42,585 nt of DNA from positions 44,214,346 to 44,256,930 of the forward strand of contig NC_069000.1 of NCBI RefSeq assembly GCF_001194135.2, in the 5' to 3' direction. The position numbers were made by a program, and so were the translations under genes. The notes below the pieces were generated by a model. The model was not told where the DNA came from and did no database searches. It worked only from the letters and a program-made list of their open reading frames with translations. Positions 23,780 to 36,658 of this stretch are shown here, piece after piece. This DNA is from Octopus bimaculoides (lineage: Eukaryota). Position 1 is the first letter of the stretch. Each line of letters starts with the position of its first letter.

Positions 23780-24051
23780 AGTATCCAATACTGGTGCCAC
23801 ATAAAAGGCACTGGTGACGGGGCCACATATAACTCATTGGTGCTGGCACAGGTGTCACGTGAAAAACACTGGTGCTGGTGCCATATAAAAGAGTATCCAG
23901 AATGCTTTGTATAGTGGTGGGCATTAGGAAGGGTATCCAGCCATAGAAACCATGTCTGAACAGACAATCACAGCCTGGTGTGAATCCTGGTCTTGTCAGC
24001 TCCTATCAAAGCATCCAACCCATGCTGTCAGTATGGAAAAAGGACGTTAAA
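23780..24051 (+). mobile_element. Family C-like retroposon lacking its own tail
   Basis: GGGCATTAGGAAGGGTATCCAGCC..CATCCAACCCATGC..GGACGTTAAA. Confidence 0.7.
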
Positions 24052-24330
24052 TCATCATCATCATCGTTTAACGTCTGCTTTCCATGCTGGCATGAGTTGG
24101 ACAGTTTGACTGAGGACTGGTAAGCCAGAAGGCTGCACCAGGCTCCAATTTGATCTGGCAAGGTTTCTACAGCTGGATGCCCTTCCTAACGCCAACCACT
24201 CCGAGAGTGTAGTGGGTGCCTTTTACATGCCACTGGCACAAGGGCCAGTCAGGCAGTACTGCCATCGATCACACTTGACTGGTGCTTTTTATGTGCCAGC
24301 TGCATGGGAGCCAGTCAGGCAGCACTGGCA
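24052..24330 (-). mobile_element. Family C retroposon, tail-to-tail with preceding copy
   Basis: (CAT)n then TTTAACGTCTGCTTTCCATGCTGGCATG; reverse complement of the 17725 type. Confidence 0.85.
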
Positions 24331-24339
24331 TCTTCCTCT

Positions 24340-24672
24340 GTACTTCTGCTGGGAGTACATGTGTATAACTGGCTCTCCATCGGTTCCTATTGATCCAATC
24401 AATGGAACAGCCTGCTCATGAAATTAAATTGCAAGTGGCTGAGTACTCCACAGACACGAGTACCTTTAATATAATCTTCAGGGAGATTCAGTGTGACGCA
24501 GAATGCAACAAGGCCGGCCCTTGTGAATTACAGGTACAACTCATTTGTACCAGCTGAGTGGACTGGAGCAACGTGAAATAAAGTGTCTTGCTCAAGGACA
24601 CAACACACTGCTGGGAATTGAACTCACAACGTTATTATCATGAGCTGAATGCCCTAACCACTAAGTCATATG
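24340..24672 (-). mobile_element. tRNA-derived SINE family F
   Basis: Minus strand CTTAGTGGTTAGGGCATTCAGC..GAGTTCAATTCCC head, GTCCTTGAGCAAGACAC central domain; 3' part matches 31378-31485. Confidence 0.75.
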
Positions 24673-24699
24673 AGAATAGGAAGATAAGATGTGTGAATC

Positions 24700-24985
24700 C
24701 GTGCAAGAATTAGGCCCAGCGTTGCATGGTGATGTTCGTGTCTCTCCAAATATGGTTTAAACGGTTTGTATAAATCGTCTGTCTTTAGTCCTACCCTGCC
24801 AATCCTGAACAGTGTCACATGACCCAGACTACAGAATGGCACCTTGTCAAATACTTTGTCCAGATCAATAAGTTCTAGATAGAATGGTTTTGTTCTTCGT
24901 TCGGAATTTCTTTTTTGTGGGTTGTCTCGCTAGAAATATGGCATCTCTGATTCCACTACCACCTGATTCAAACTTAAATCACCAC
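24700..24985 (-). pseudogene. Non-LTR (RTE-like) reverse transcriptase fragment, frameshifted
   Basis: Minus strand reads GSGIRDAIFLARQ..KKFRTKNK /+1 frameshift/ PFYLELIDLDKVFDKVP, matching the LINE RT pattern G.GT.DAIF..RQ..EK....K..Y..F.D.EKAFD.VP. Confidence 0.78.
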
Positions 24986-25345
24986 TGCCACCATCACCAC
25001 CACCACTGCCACCACCATCAACACCACCACTTCCACCACCACCACTTCCATCACCACCACCACCACTAGCACCACCATCATCACTACCTCCACTTCCACC
25101 ACCACCACCACAACCACCACCACAACCACCACCACCACCACTATCATCACCATCACCACCACCACCACCAACAATTACAACATTAGCAGCAGCACCAATA
25201 CTATCACTACCAGCAACAAAAACAGCAATACTACCACCAACACCAGTAACTACTCTACCAATGCTACCATTATCAATACCACCACCACTACCACCCCAAC
25301 CAGCACCACCGACAACAACGCCAATGCTACAAACAACAAAAACAA
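24985..25345. repeat. (ACC/ACT/AAC)n compound microsatellite
   Basis: Directly visible. Confidence 0.9.
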
Positions 25346-26194
25346 GCAACATGGTGAGAGAGCTGTTTGCCAATAAAAGACATTACACAATAATGGTAAT
25401 TAGTGATGTATAGGTGGGCGGTAGGGGTGGTGGTAGAGGTGGGAGGGGGAAGGAGGACAGACAGACAGACAGGTAGAGAGAGAGAGTGTGTACGAATTTG
25501 AGGGAGTGAGAGAGAGTATGTGTGTGTGTGTGCGCGCGTGCGCATGTGTGGAGGTGAGTGGTTGTGGGTGTGCATGTGTGTGTGCGTGGGTTGGGTAGAT
25601 ACAGGTGGAAGAGAAACTGACATTACTGATAGACAGGTAGAGAGTGAGAGAGAAAAAGAGAGAGAATGTGAGACAGTCGAACACAGACATAAGCTACATA
25701 TGCATTTATATATATNNNNNNNNNNNNNNNNNNNNNNNNNNNNNNNNNNNNNNNNNNNNNNNNNNNNNNNNNNNNNNNNNNNNNNNNNNNNNNNNNNNNN
25801 NNNNNNNNNNNNNNNNNNNNNNNNNNNNNNNNNNNNNNNNNNNNNNNNNNNNNNNNNNNNNNNNNNNNNNNNNNNNNNNNNNNNNNNNNNNNNNNNNNNN
25901 NNNNNNNNNNNNNNNNNNNNNNNNNNNNNNNNNNNNNNNNNNNNNNNNNNNNNNNNNNNNNNNNNNNNNNNNNNNNNNNNNNNNNNNNNNNNNNNNNNNN
26001 NNNNNNNNNNNNNNNNNNNNNNNNNNNNNNNNNNNNNNNNNNNNNNNNNNNNNNNNNNNNNNNNNNNNNNNNNNNNNNNNNNNNNNNNNNNNNNNNNNNN
26101 NNNNNNNNNNNNNNNNNNNNNNNNNNNNNNNNNNNNNATATATATATATATATATATATATACACATGTATATATATATATGTATGTATATATT

Positions 26195-26238
<44 letters not shown>

Positions 26239-26317
26239 CAGATATATATGCACATATACATCATACACATGCATTCTCACAAAGAGGCTTACATATGTAA
26301 AACCTACATACACACAC

Positions 26318-26348
<31 letters not shown>

Positions 26349-27254
26349 TACACACACATATATATGCACTCATGCACACAGACACACAGATGCATACATG
26401 CATGCACACATACACACAAGTACATGCATGAACAGCCTCACACATATACGCACACAAAAGGTGAAAAAGTGGAAGCAAAGTTGTAGGGAACAAGGGGTTG
26501 GGATAGGGGTAGGGGGCACTTATCAAAGAAAAACAATCACCTCTTTTCAAAAAATTGAATTGGTTTGGTGGGTAGGTGGGGGAGATGGAAGGGGAGGGTG
26601 TTGTGAGAGTGGTGGGTTGAGGAAAGCAGGGTGCTGCATGCTGGGTGCCAGGGTGGGGAATAATAATATGAGAGGGAGGAGGTGGCAGGGGGTGTGTGAC
26701 ATGATAGAGGTGAGGGAGCAGACAGGTGTGTGCTTATGTGGAGGGGAGGGGAGGTTATGTGGGAAGGGAAGGCAGGAGTTGGGGAAGGAAGAGGAGGCGG
26801 AGAAAAGGTGAAGAGGGAGAGGAAGAGGGGCAGGAGAATAAAATTTTTTACAGAAAGTTCTGGAGTAAATTGAATTGNNNNNNNNNNNNNNNNNNNNNNN
26901 NNNNNNNNNNNNNNNNNNNNNNNNNNNNNNNNNNNNNNNNNNNNNNNNNNNNNNNNNNNNNNNNNNNNNNNNNNNNNNNNNNNNNNNNNNNNNNNNNNNN
27001 NNNNNNNNNNNNNNNNNNNNNNNNNNNNNNNNNNNNNNNNNNNNCTGCGGTGGTGGTGATGATGGTGGTGGCGGTGGTGGCTGCGGTGGTGGTGGTAGTG
27101 GTGGTGGTGATGGTGGTGGTGGCGATGATGGTGGTGGTGGTGGTGATGGTGGTGGTGCTGGTGCTGGTGGTAGAATTGGTGGTGACGCAGTTGTTGTTGG
27201 TATTTGTGGTGGTGGTCATGTTTATATCATTGTTAATGTTTTATCCCCAAGTGA

Positions 27255-27440
27255 ACCTATGATCACCCCACCCCACTTGACAACCAGTTGGTGATGTGCT
27301 TACATCCCCATGATTTGGTGGTTCAAAAGAGACTGATAAAATAAGCACCAGTTCTAGGGTTGATTCATTCAACTAAAATTCTTCAAGGTGGTGCCCCAGC
27401 ATGGCCACAGTCTTATGACTGGAACAAGTAAAAGATAAAA
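27255..27440 (+). mobile_element. SINE family A, 3' half, degenerate
   Basis: CTTGACAACC..GGTGGTGCCCCAGCATGGCCACAGTC..ACAAGTAAAAGATAAAA. Confidence 0.7.
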
Positions 27441-27545
27441 CATATTTATAGATAAAAACAGCTATAATTAGAGATAAACGTTTATAGTTTGAAGATGGAA
27501 GGGTCCTTTAATTATAAATAAAACAAATTATAATCTGTTGATAGA

Positions 27546-27830
27546 TTTCTTTATTAGGTCTTGCAGGGCCGAACACAGAGGGGACAATACAATATAGAAT
27601 TTTTCTTTTCGAAGCCAATTGATAGGGATTGAAAACATTTTGGGACGTGTACACAAAGAGATAACAAGGTAATGTTTTAACAACAGAAATTCCCAAAAGG
27701 GAGAGAAGATATAATTCTGACTAGGGTTATCTGTAGAAAGCAAAACCTATGAAAAATGCCCATGGGTAACCTTGGAAATAAACCATGAGAGCAAAACGCC
27801 CTTTCTCTTTTTGTTTTATAGGTTCATGCT
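27546..27830 (-). mobile_element. Probable LINE 3' end
   Basis: Begins TTTCTTTATT (AATAAAGAAA on minus); ~42 nt match the 3' tail of the SINE at 18900-18958, then continue into unrelated sequence. Confidence 0.45.
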
Positions 27831-27934
27831 CAAAGTGGGTCTGTCATTCATGTGTGCCATATTTGCTACATTCACCCACATTTTATTAAATTTTTCATTT
27901 GACAAAAGATAGAAAGATCCTGTTAGTTATAAAT

Positions 27935-28285
27935 GAAACATCCTCATAAATGTATTTCTGGAAATTTTCATTAAAAATTATGCATTTTTAAAAGGAACAT
28001 TGGAAACAAAATCTAGGGAACGCACTTCTTGTATTCCAAGAAATGTTTTTCAAAATTTATCCAGATAATCATAACCTAGATCCTCAAAATCATATTTCTA
28101 GGAAATTTCATTGAAAATTATGTCTTTAAGAAAGTCCAATAGATGTGGAGGATGATCCTCCAAAAAAAAGCATCCATTTTTATCCAATTTTTCCCCCTCA
28201 ACATTATCATAATCTATGCCCTTCACAATGTATCACTAAAATATTTCATTAAAACGCATGCATTTTTAAGAAATTTCAAGAGAAA
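27935..28285. repeat. Degenerate ~140 bp AT-rich tandem repeat, 3 copies
   Basis: CCTCA..ATGTATTTCT.GAAATTTTCATTAAAAATTATGCATTTT-like motif at ~27942, ~28082 and ~28219. Confidence 0.65.
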
Positions 28286-28569
28286 CCAAATCAACGCAGG
28301 AAACACACTTTGTTAGTTACACCAATTCTATTTCTAACATCCTTTTTTCCCATCAACTTATAGATTTAGCACAAACAGCTACTTATGTTTAAAAAAAAGC
28401 AAAAGAAAAAAACTAAGAGTTGTTTCTGCAATACTGCCAATTTTCACAATAATCTGACCACAAGTGAATACACTATAAACAGCTAAATAAACAAAACAAC
28501 TGTTTTAAGGTATTTTCTGTTCAGTCTTTATGGGGGCCAAGCCACAAAAATGATGACGATGATGATGAT

Positions 28570-28750
28570 GATGATATTTCCAGTCTTCCATGAAAGCATT
28601 GTATGCGCAGCCATGGGTGGGGTGGGAGGAACATTACCTTGCTTGGAAATGGGTGAATGTTAGTGACAGGAAGGGCATCCAGCCATAAAAAAAAGCCTGT
28701 TTCAACAAATTCCATCTTGACCTATGCAAGCAAAATTGGACGATAAAACA
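28570..28750 (+). mobile_element. Retroposon fragment family E
   Basis: CTTGCTTGGAAATGGGTGAATGTTAGTGACAGGAAGGGCATCCAGCC, inverse of 14640-14768, followed by (GAT)n. Confidence 0.6.
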
Positions 28751-29348
28751 ATGATGATGATGACGGATGTGGTGGCGGCGGGGGCGATGATTATGATGAA
28801 TGGAAAAATGATGATACTAATTATGACAATGGTTATGATGATGATGACGATAATGACGATGACGACGATAATGATGATGATGATGATGATGATGATGATA
28901 ACAAACAAAGCGATGATGTAAAGAAGAAGGCAAGTGCCTGGCAACATAAAAGAGACGACACCCCAGCCATCCGACAATATTCCGTGCTATACTTAGAAAG
29001 AATACTTCTAATCAATACCAGTGACAAGCAACCTAAAATTTCAGATCAATGAATGCATCATATGGAAAGACTTACAGCAATATATGCAGCAGCGTGTGCA
29101 ACAGTGCATCGGTGAATTGCATTCTGGGAGCGTGAAGTAGCGACGCATTCGCTGTTTGTGTCACAGGAGGAGACAGCTGTGATGATAACAACAATAGCAA
29201 TGATGATGATGATGATGATAATGACGATGTTGATGATGATGATGATGATGGTGATGGTGATGATGATGATGATGATGGTGATGATGGTGATGGTGATGGT
29301 GATGATGATGAGGAGGAGGATAATAATTATAATAATTATAATAATAAT

Positions 29349-29385
<37 letters not shown>

Positions 29386-29469
29386 CTGATGATGATGATA
29401 ATAACAATGACGACAATGACGACGACAATGATGATGATGATGATGATGATAATCATAACAATAATATTA

Positions 29470-29521
<52 letters not shown>

Positions 29522-29560
29522 TAATAACGATGACGATGATGACGATAATGATGATGATAA
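28750..29560. repeat. (GAT)n/(AAT)n compound microsatellite blocks around a short unique segment
   Basis: Directly visible. Confidence 0.9.
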
Positions 29561-30062
29561 TGGTCCCTTTATTTGCCACTAGGGCAAAAGATGAGGGAGC
29601 AGGGAACAATACAAAGACAGACATAAAGTGTTGGGGTTTAAATATAATGAAATGATAAAAAAAAAACAAAAAAAAATAAAAGAAAGAAAGGAAGAGGATG
29701 ATGATGATGATGATGTGTGAACAGAGGTGTCATTGGCTGGTTATGTNNNNNNNNNNNNNNNNNNNNNNNNNNNNNNNNNNNNNNNNNNNNNNNNNNNNNN
29801 NNNNNNNNNNNNNNNNNNNNNNNNNNNNNNNNNNNNNNNNNNNNNNNNNNNNNNNNNNNNNNNNNNNNNNNNNNNNNNNNNNNNNNNNNNNNNNNNNNNN
29901 NNNNNNNNNNNNNNNNNNNNNNNNNNNNNNNNNNNNNNNNNNNNNNNNNNNNNNNNNNNNNNNNNNNNNNNNNNNNNNNNNNNNNNNNNNNNNNNNNNNN
30001 NNNNNNNNNNNNNNNNNNNNNNNNNNNNNNNNNNNNNNNNNNNNNNNNNNNNNNNNNNNNNN

Positions 30063-30099
<37 letters not shown>

Positions 30100-31091
30100 G
30101 TTAAATGAAGCTATGACTTGCAAGTGAGTAAGACCTGCTAAGATGTACCATGCTTTCTCTAATTGTTTTGGGTGCCAGGGTAGTCACGACCAGACACAAA
30201 TACCCTTGCAGACCTACCCCCTCCCCCATCTTGAAGGGGGCAAGGTTAGGTGGTGGAGAGGTGAGTGATAGCTGCATAACGGAGCACAGTATGGTTCAAT
30301 GGTTGAGAAGCTTGTTTTGGAATCATGAGATCCTAGGTTCAATCCTATAGTGTGGAATTTGTGTGGCAAGTGTCTTCTGCCATGGTCGGAAGTAGTGGGT
30401 GGGTGGAGGCGGGTGGGGGTTTAGCCTAAGCGTTTTGGATGGAACCAAGTAGGTGGTGGTGGTGAAAAATTAAAGNNNNNNNNNNNNNNNNNNNNNNNNN
30501 NNNNNNNNNNNNNNNNNNNNNNNNNNNNNNNNNNNNNNNNNNNNNNNNNNNNNNNNNNNNNNNNNNNNNNNNNNNNNNNNNNNNNNNNNNNNNNNNNNNN
30601 NNNNNNNNNNNNNNNNNNNNNNNNNNNNNNNNNNNNNNNNNNNNNNNNNNNNNNNNNNNNNNNNNNNNNNNNNNNNNNNNNNNNNNNNNNNNNNNNNNNN
30701 NNNNNNNNNNNNNNNNNNNNNNNNNNNNNNNNNNNNNNNNNNNNNNNNNNNNNNNNNNNNNNNNNNNNNNNNNNNNNNNNNNNNNNNNNTAAGATGTGCT
30801 TTTTTCTTGTCAGAGAATATCTTAAAAGTTGAGGAATGTTGAAGGATAGGAGGTTGCTGTGGGGGGTGGGGTGGTTAGGGGGAGTTGAGGGGTCGTGTTG
30901 GAATTGCAGTGTATCGTTGTTGTTGTTGTTGTTGTTGTTACCCGTGTTGCAGACAATACCAGACAGAGTCACCGCTATTGCTACTACTACTACTACAACT
31001 ACTACTACTACAACTACTACTACTACCATCACCACCACAACCACCAAAACCACTACCACCACCACCACTACCATCACCATCACCACCACCA

Positions 31092-31378
31092 CCAAAGCCT
31101 TGTGAGTGGATTTGGTAGACGGAGACTGAAAGAAGCCCGTTGCATATATGTATATATATGTATGTGTGTGTGCATATGTTTGTCCCACCAACATCACTTG
31201 ACAACCGATGCTGGTGTGTTTACATCCCCCGTAACTTAGCAGTTCAGCAAAAGAGACCGATAGAATAAATACTAGGCTTACAAAGAATAAGTCCTGGGGT
31301 CGATTTGCTCGACTAAAGGCGGTGCTCCAGCATGGCCACAGTCAAATGACTGAAACAAGTAAAAGAGTAAGAGAGTAT
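31092..31378 (+). mobile_element. SINE family A lacking tRNA head
   Basis: High identity to 20430-20721 through the tail. Confidence 0.85.
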
Positions 31379-31485
31379 GACTGTGGAGTACTCAGCCACT
31401 TGCATGTTAACTTCACCAGCTGCTAGTTCTGTTGATCGGATCAACTGGAACCCTCGTCGTCGTAATCGATGGAATTCCAGTTTAT
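31378..31485 (+). mobile_element. SINE family F 3' fragment
   Basis: CTGTGGAGTACTCAGCCACTTGCA matches the reverse complement of 24436-24452. Confidence 0.65.
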
Positions 31486-32913
31486 GTTTTGCAGACAAAA
31501 AAGAAAATAAAAAACACACTCCATTGAGTTTGGACAATGATTAACTTTCCGACNNNNNNNNNNNNNNNNNNNNNNNNNNNNNNNNNNNNNNNNNNNNNNN
31601 NNNNNNNNNNNNNNNNNNNNNNNNNNNNNNNNNNNNNNNNNNNNNNNNNNNNNNNNNNNNNNNNNNNNNNNNNNNNNNNNNNNNNNNNNNNNNNNNNNNN
31701 NNNNNNNNNNNNNNNNNNNNNNNNNNNNNNNNNNNNNNNNNNNNNNNNNNNNNNNNNNNNNNNNNNNNNNNNNNNNNNNNNNNNNNNNNNNNNNNNNNNN
31801 NNNNNNNNNNNNNNNNNNNNNNNNNNNNNNNNNNNNNNNNNNNNNNNNNNNNNNNNNNNNNNNNNNNNNNNNNNNNNNNNNNNNNNNNNNNNNNNNNNNN
31901 NNNNNNNNNNNNNNNNNNNNNNNNNNNNNNNNNNNNNNNNNNNNNNNNNNNNNNNNNNNNNNNNNNNNNNNNNNNNNNNNNNNNNNNNNNNNNNNNNNNN
32001 NNNNNNNNNNNNNNNNNNNNNNNNNNNNNNNNNNNNNNNNNNNNNNNNNNNNNNNNNNNNNNNNNNNNNNNNNNNNNNNNNNNNNNNNNNNNNNNNNNNN
32101 NNNNNNNNNNNNNNNNNNNNNNNNNNNNNNNNNNNNNNNNNNNNNNNNNNNNNNNNNNNNNNNNNNNNNNNNNNNNNNNNNNNNNNNNNNNNNNNNNNNN
32201 NNNNNNNNNNNNNNNNNNNNNNNNNNNNNNNNNNNNNNNNNNNNNNNNNNNNNNNNNNNNNNNNNNNNNNNNNNNNNNNNNNNNNNNNNNNNNNNNNNNN
32301 NNNNNNNNNNNNNNNNNNACAATGATTGTTAAGGTGGTGGCAGCAGTAGTGATGCTGCTGCCACTGCTGCTACTACTACTGCTACTGATGATGATGATGA
32401 TAATGATGATGATGATGGTAGCAGTAGCGATAGTGATGTAATGATGATAGTGATGTTGATGATGACGATGATGACGTTGGCAGTGGTGGTGGTGGTGGTG
32501 GTGGTGGTGGTAGTATTATTAATAATGTTCTTTGTAACAACAATCAATCGAATCAGGTTATTAATCTATAACGATGTATTCACAGGATGTCGGATGTCAG
32601 CCATGTTTGTCGGTCGGCTCAGCTCTTCTGTACTCCACCATGTACTCTGTACTCTGTACTCCACTCTACCATATAATGTACTGTAATGGTTGTCTGTCAC
32701 ATGGTCTGCGTTTTGTGTTTCGCTTTTTATGTCTTTTTCGCTCTTTTAATTGAAATCCGCTCCGAGACACGGATTTCAGGTGAAAGACATTAAAACGAGA
32801 TTTACCTGTGGATTATGAGGGAAGAATTGATTTCTCTCCCCCCTCTCTCTCGCTCTCTCTCTCTCCAATGTGTCTGAAGGTTGTCTGTGGGTCCTCTTTT
32901 TATGATTCTGGTA

Positions 32914-32945
<32 letters not shown>

Positions 32946-33022
32946 GGTGGTGGTGGTGGTGGTGGTGGTGGTAATGATTATGATGGTGATGGTGGTGGCA
33001 GTGGCACTGGTGTTGTAGCTGC

Positions 33023-33063
<41 letters not shown>

Positions 33064-33874
33064 ATGATGATGTTCATGATAATGACAATGATTATGATGA
33101 CAAAGACAACAATGGGAGATGATGATGATGATGAAAATAATGACGACCATAAGGATGATGATAATCATCATCATCATCATCATCAACAGCAGCAGTAGCC
33201 ACAACATCAGCAGGCGTACAAGCAGTTGTATGGTGTTGTTATTAGATAACCTTCTCTATGGTGGCCCAGGTTGGAGAGGATGTTTTATGGCAATATTTTA
33301 CTACCAAATACCTTTCCTGACACTGACCCCCTTTTCAACCCCTCTTATGCCTCACAGGGATGCCCAATTCACCGATTCCACCCTTGAGATTTAACAAGAT
33401 TAAATTTTAATTTTTGTATGTGTTTTCGGCAACTTGTCCCTCCGGCTTTAAGTCCATTCAGCATTGTGTCTGTTCGGATTTTTGGCTTTGGTTTCTTATC
33501 CTTCAGCAAAAGTGCATTCGGCATCCTGTCCGTGTATCATGTATGCTAGTATGATCCTTATGTTTATGGCCTGTAACTTAACAGTTCAACAAACAGATTC
33601 GACAAAGTAATAAGAATATTCAAAAGTAAACACTGAGATCAATACGACTGACTGAAAACATTTATGGTACTGTGCCCCGGCATGGCCACAGTCCAAAGAA
33701 AAAATAAAATGGTTCCAAATGGAGGTCAAAATACAGGTTGAAGCCAGGAAGGTTAAAATAGGGGTCAATGGAGTTTCTAATTGAATAAGTTGGCTGGGGT
33801 GAAGGGTCAGGGTTTTGTTTCTTTGTTAGTGTGTGTGGGAGGGGGGTGACCTGATGGGAGCAAGAAGAAGGAAA

Positions 33875-33920
<46 letters not shown>

Positions 33921-34008
33921 TTAACATTTATACACGTACAAACATAAAAATATATATATATGTATATATAAATATATATTTGCATGTATATAGATATATA
34001 TATATACA

Positions 34009-34040
<32 letters not shown>

Positions 34041-34123
34041 TACATACACATATCCATATATATGTATATATGTGTGTGTCTGTACATATACGTATGTTGT
34101 GTATGAATGCCTGTGTGTGTATG

Positions 34124-34157
<34 letters not shown>

Positions 34158-34447
34158 TCTATATGCATATGTGCATATACCTATATTTATATATATGAGT
34201 GTATCTGCATTGTGAAGGTTGGTGACCTCATGCGGATGTATATGCACATATATGTATATGTGTGTGTATATATATATATATACATAAATCTCTCTATATA
34301 TATATGTATATATATATATATATTATATATATATACTTGTGTCTATGCATCAGTTTGTTTGTGTGACAGTATCTGTATGAGGGTGTGTGTGTATATCTAT
34401 GTGTAAGTATGTGCCTGTGTGTTTATATGCATGTGAGTTTTATCATG

Positions 34448-34478
<31 letters not shown>

Positions 34479-34986
34479 ATGTGTGTATGTGTGTGTGTGT
34501 GTTTGTGTGTGTGTATTATGTATATGTATGCATATGTATATAAATAAAATTTCTCTAAAGTTTCAAGGTAGCTCGGAAAAACAACATCATAAACTGTGAT
34601 AAACAAACAAAAAAAAAAGATGCTGATAAAAAGTACATCACGCATAAGGATGATGATGATGATGATGATGATAAGTATGTAGAATGATTCTGTGTCCAAC
34701 ATATTAAGTCTGTGTTGCCAGTTGCATTGATGTGCGCATATGCTTTGCTGTGACTGCTAAAAGGGATAATTAGTTTGGCAAGGAGTGTTGGCACAGAGAG
34801 CGATTTTAGGGTTGGCAAACATCATGTGTATGTTTGTGAGAGAAATAAGAAAGAGAGAGAGAGAGAGAGAGAGAGGCGGAGGGAGGGGAGAAGGGGAGGT
34901 TAGGGAGAGAAGAGAAAGAGAGAGGAAGAGGGACATAGTGAAAAAAAGGGTGAGAGAGAATGCTTATGAGAAAGAGGAAAAGATAA

Positions 34987-35085
<99 letters not shown>

Positions 35086-35086
35086 T

Positions 35087-35464
35087 ATTCTTCTATTTGT
35101 TTCAGTCATTTGACTGTGGCCATGCTGGAGCACCGCCTTTAGTCGAACAAACTGACCCCAGGACTTATTCATTGTAAGCCCAGTACTTATTTTACTCATC
35201 TCTCTTGCCGAACTGCAAAGTTACGAGGACATAAACACACCAGCATTGGTTCTCAAGCGATGGTGGGGGAACAAACACACACACATACACACACATATAT
35301 ATCACAGGCTCCTTTCAGTTTGTGTCTACCAAATCCACTCACAACACTCTGGTCAGCCTGAGGCTATAGCAGAAGACACTTGCCCAAGGTGCTACATAGT
35401 GGGACTGAACCCAGAACCATGAAATTGGGAAGCAAGATTCTTACCACACAACCATGCCTGCACC
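35087..35464 (-). mobile_element. SINE family A, full length
   Basis: Colinear reverse complement of 20322-20721. Confidence 0.85.
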
Positions 35465-35879
35465 TATATANNNNNNNNNNGAGATACCTGATACCCTTGA
35501 AGAACATATGTATGCATGGGTGGGATGGTTTGACAAGGCACTCTCTCAAAGAACCACACAGTGGGACTGAACCCAAAACTATGTGGTTGGGAAGCAAACT
35601 TCTTAAGCACACAGCCACCTATAGCCCACACCTATGAATATAAGAATACACACACACACACACATACACATGCATATCCATACTGATGCTAATTCATTCA
35701 TTTAAAATATGTTTAGACATGAAATATCGACATGGCCCAACTCATTAGCAAACTTGAATATGTTGTTCTTTCGATTGCAATAATTATGCTTTGCAAATAG
35801 TAAGTTTGTTGGTTAGAGATATTCGTATATTCCCAGAAGTGAACACATTGTAAAACAGTAAAACAAAAATCTATATGTG

Positions 35880-36430
35880 TGGTTATATGTGTCTTAATAT
35901 TCCGCTTCGGTTCGTCTGTTTTTATGTTCTGAGTTCAAATTCCACTGAGGACAACTTTGCCTTTCATTCTCTCAGGACGTCGAGTCCGCAAGCTGGCAGA
36001 AAAGTCAACATGCTGGGCGAAATACTTAATGGAATTTCGTCTGTCTTTACATTCTGAGTTCAAATTCCGTCGAGGGCGACTTTACCTTTCATCCTTTTGG
36101 GGTTGATAAATTAAGTACCAGTTGCATACTGGGGTTGATCTAATCGACTGGATCCCTTCCCCACCAAAAATTTCAGGCCTTTTGCCGAGAGTAGAAAGGA
36201 TTATTATTATTATTATTATTATAGAGAATTGTTAGCATACTGGACAAAATGCTTAATGGAATTTGGTCTGTCTTTATGTTCTGAGTTCAAATTCCACAGA
36301 CATTAACTTTGCCTTTCATCCTTTCAGGGTAAATAAATTAAGTACCAGATGCATACTGAGGTTAATATAATTGACTGGCCCCACCTGCCCCAAAATTTCG
36401 GATCTTGTGCCAAGAACAGAAAAGAATATT
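35880..36430 (+). mobile_element. Three tandem SINE family B copies (one partial, two near full)
   Basis: GTTCTGAGTTCAAATTCC-like motif at ~35925, ~36051 and ~36278, each followed by (G/A)CCTTTCAT. Confidence 0.85.
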
Positions 36431-36605
36431 CCACTTCTGCTTCATTCACAAATTATCTCATGACAAAATGAGACATGCTTATACATAAATATATACATAT
36501 ATATATACATACATATATACACACACACACACATACACAAACACACACATATATATATATACATATTGTGTCTGCATGTATTTACACACAAATATACTGT
36601 ACATT

Positions 36606-36658
<53 letters not shown>

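Noticed and set aside
33415-33535. TTCGGCA..TGTCC repeats suggestive of DNA transposon subterminal repeats
   Set aside because: Too degenerate to define ends or family.
963-35480. Twelve N-runs (963-1315, 2232-2968, 4797-5134, 7065-7143, 10319-10681, 15670-15865, 25716-26138, 26878-27044, 29747-30062, 30476-30789, 31554-32319, 35471-35480)
   Set aside because: Assembly gaps, mostly at microsatellites; no biological inference is possible, though they could hide exons.
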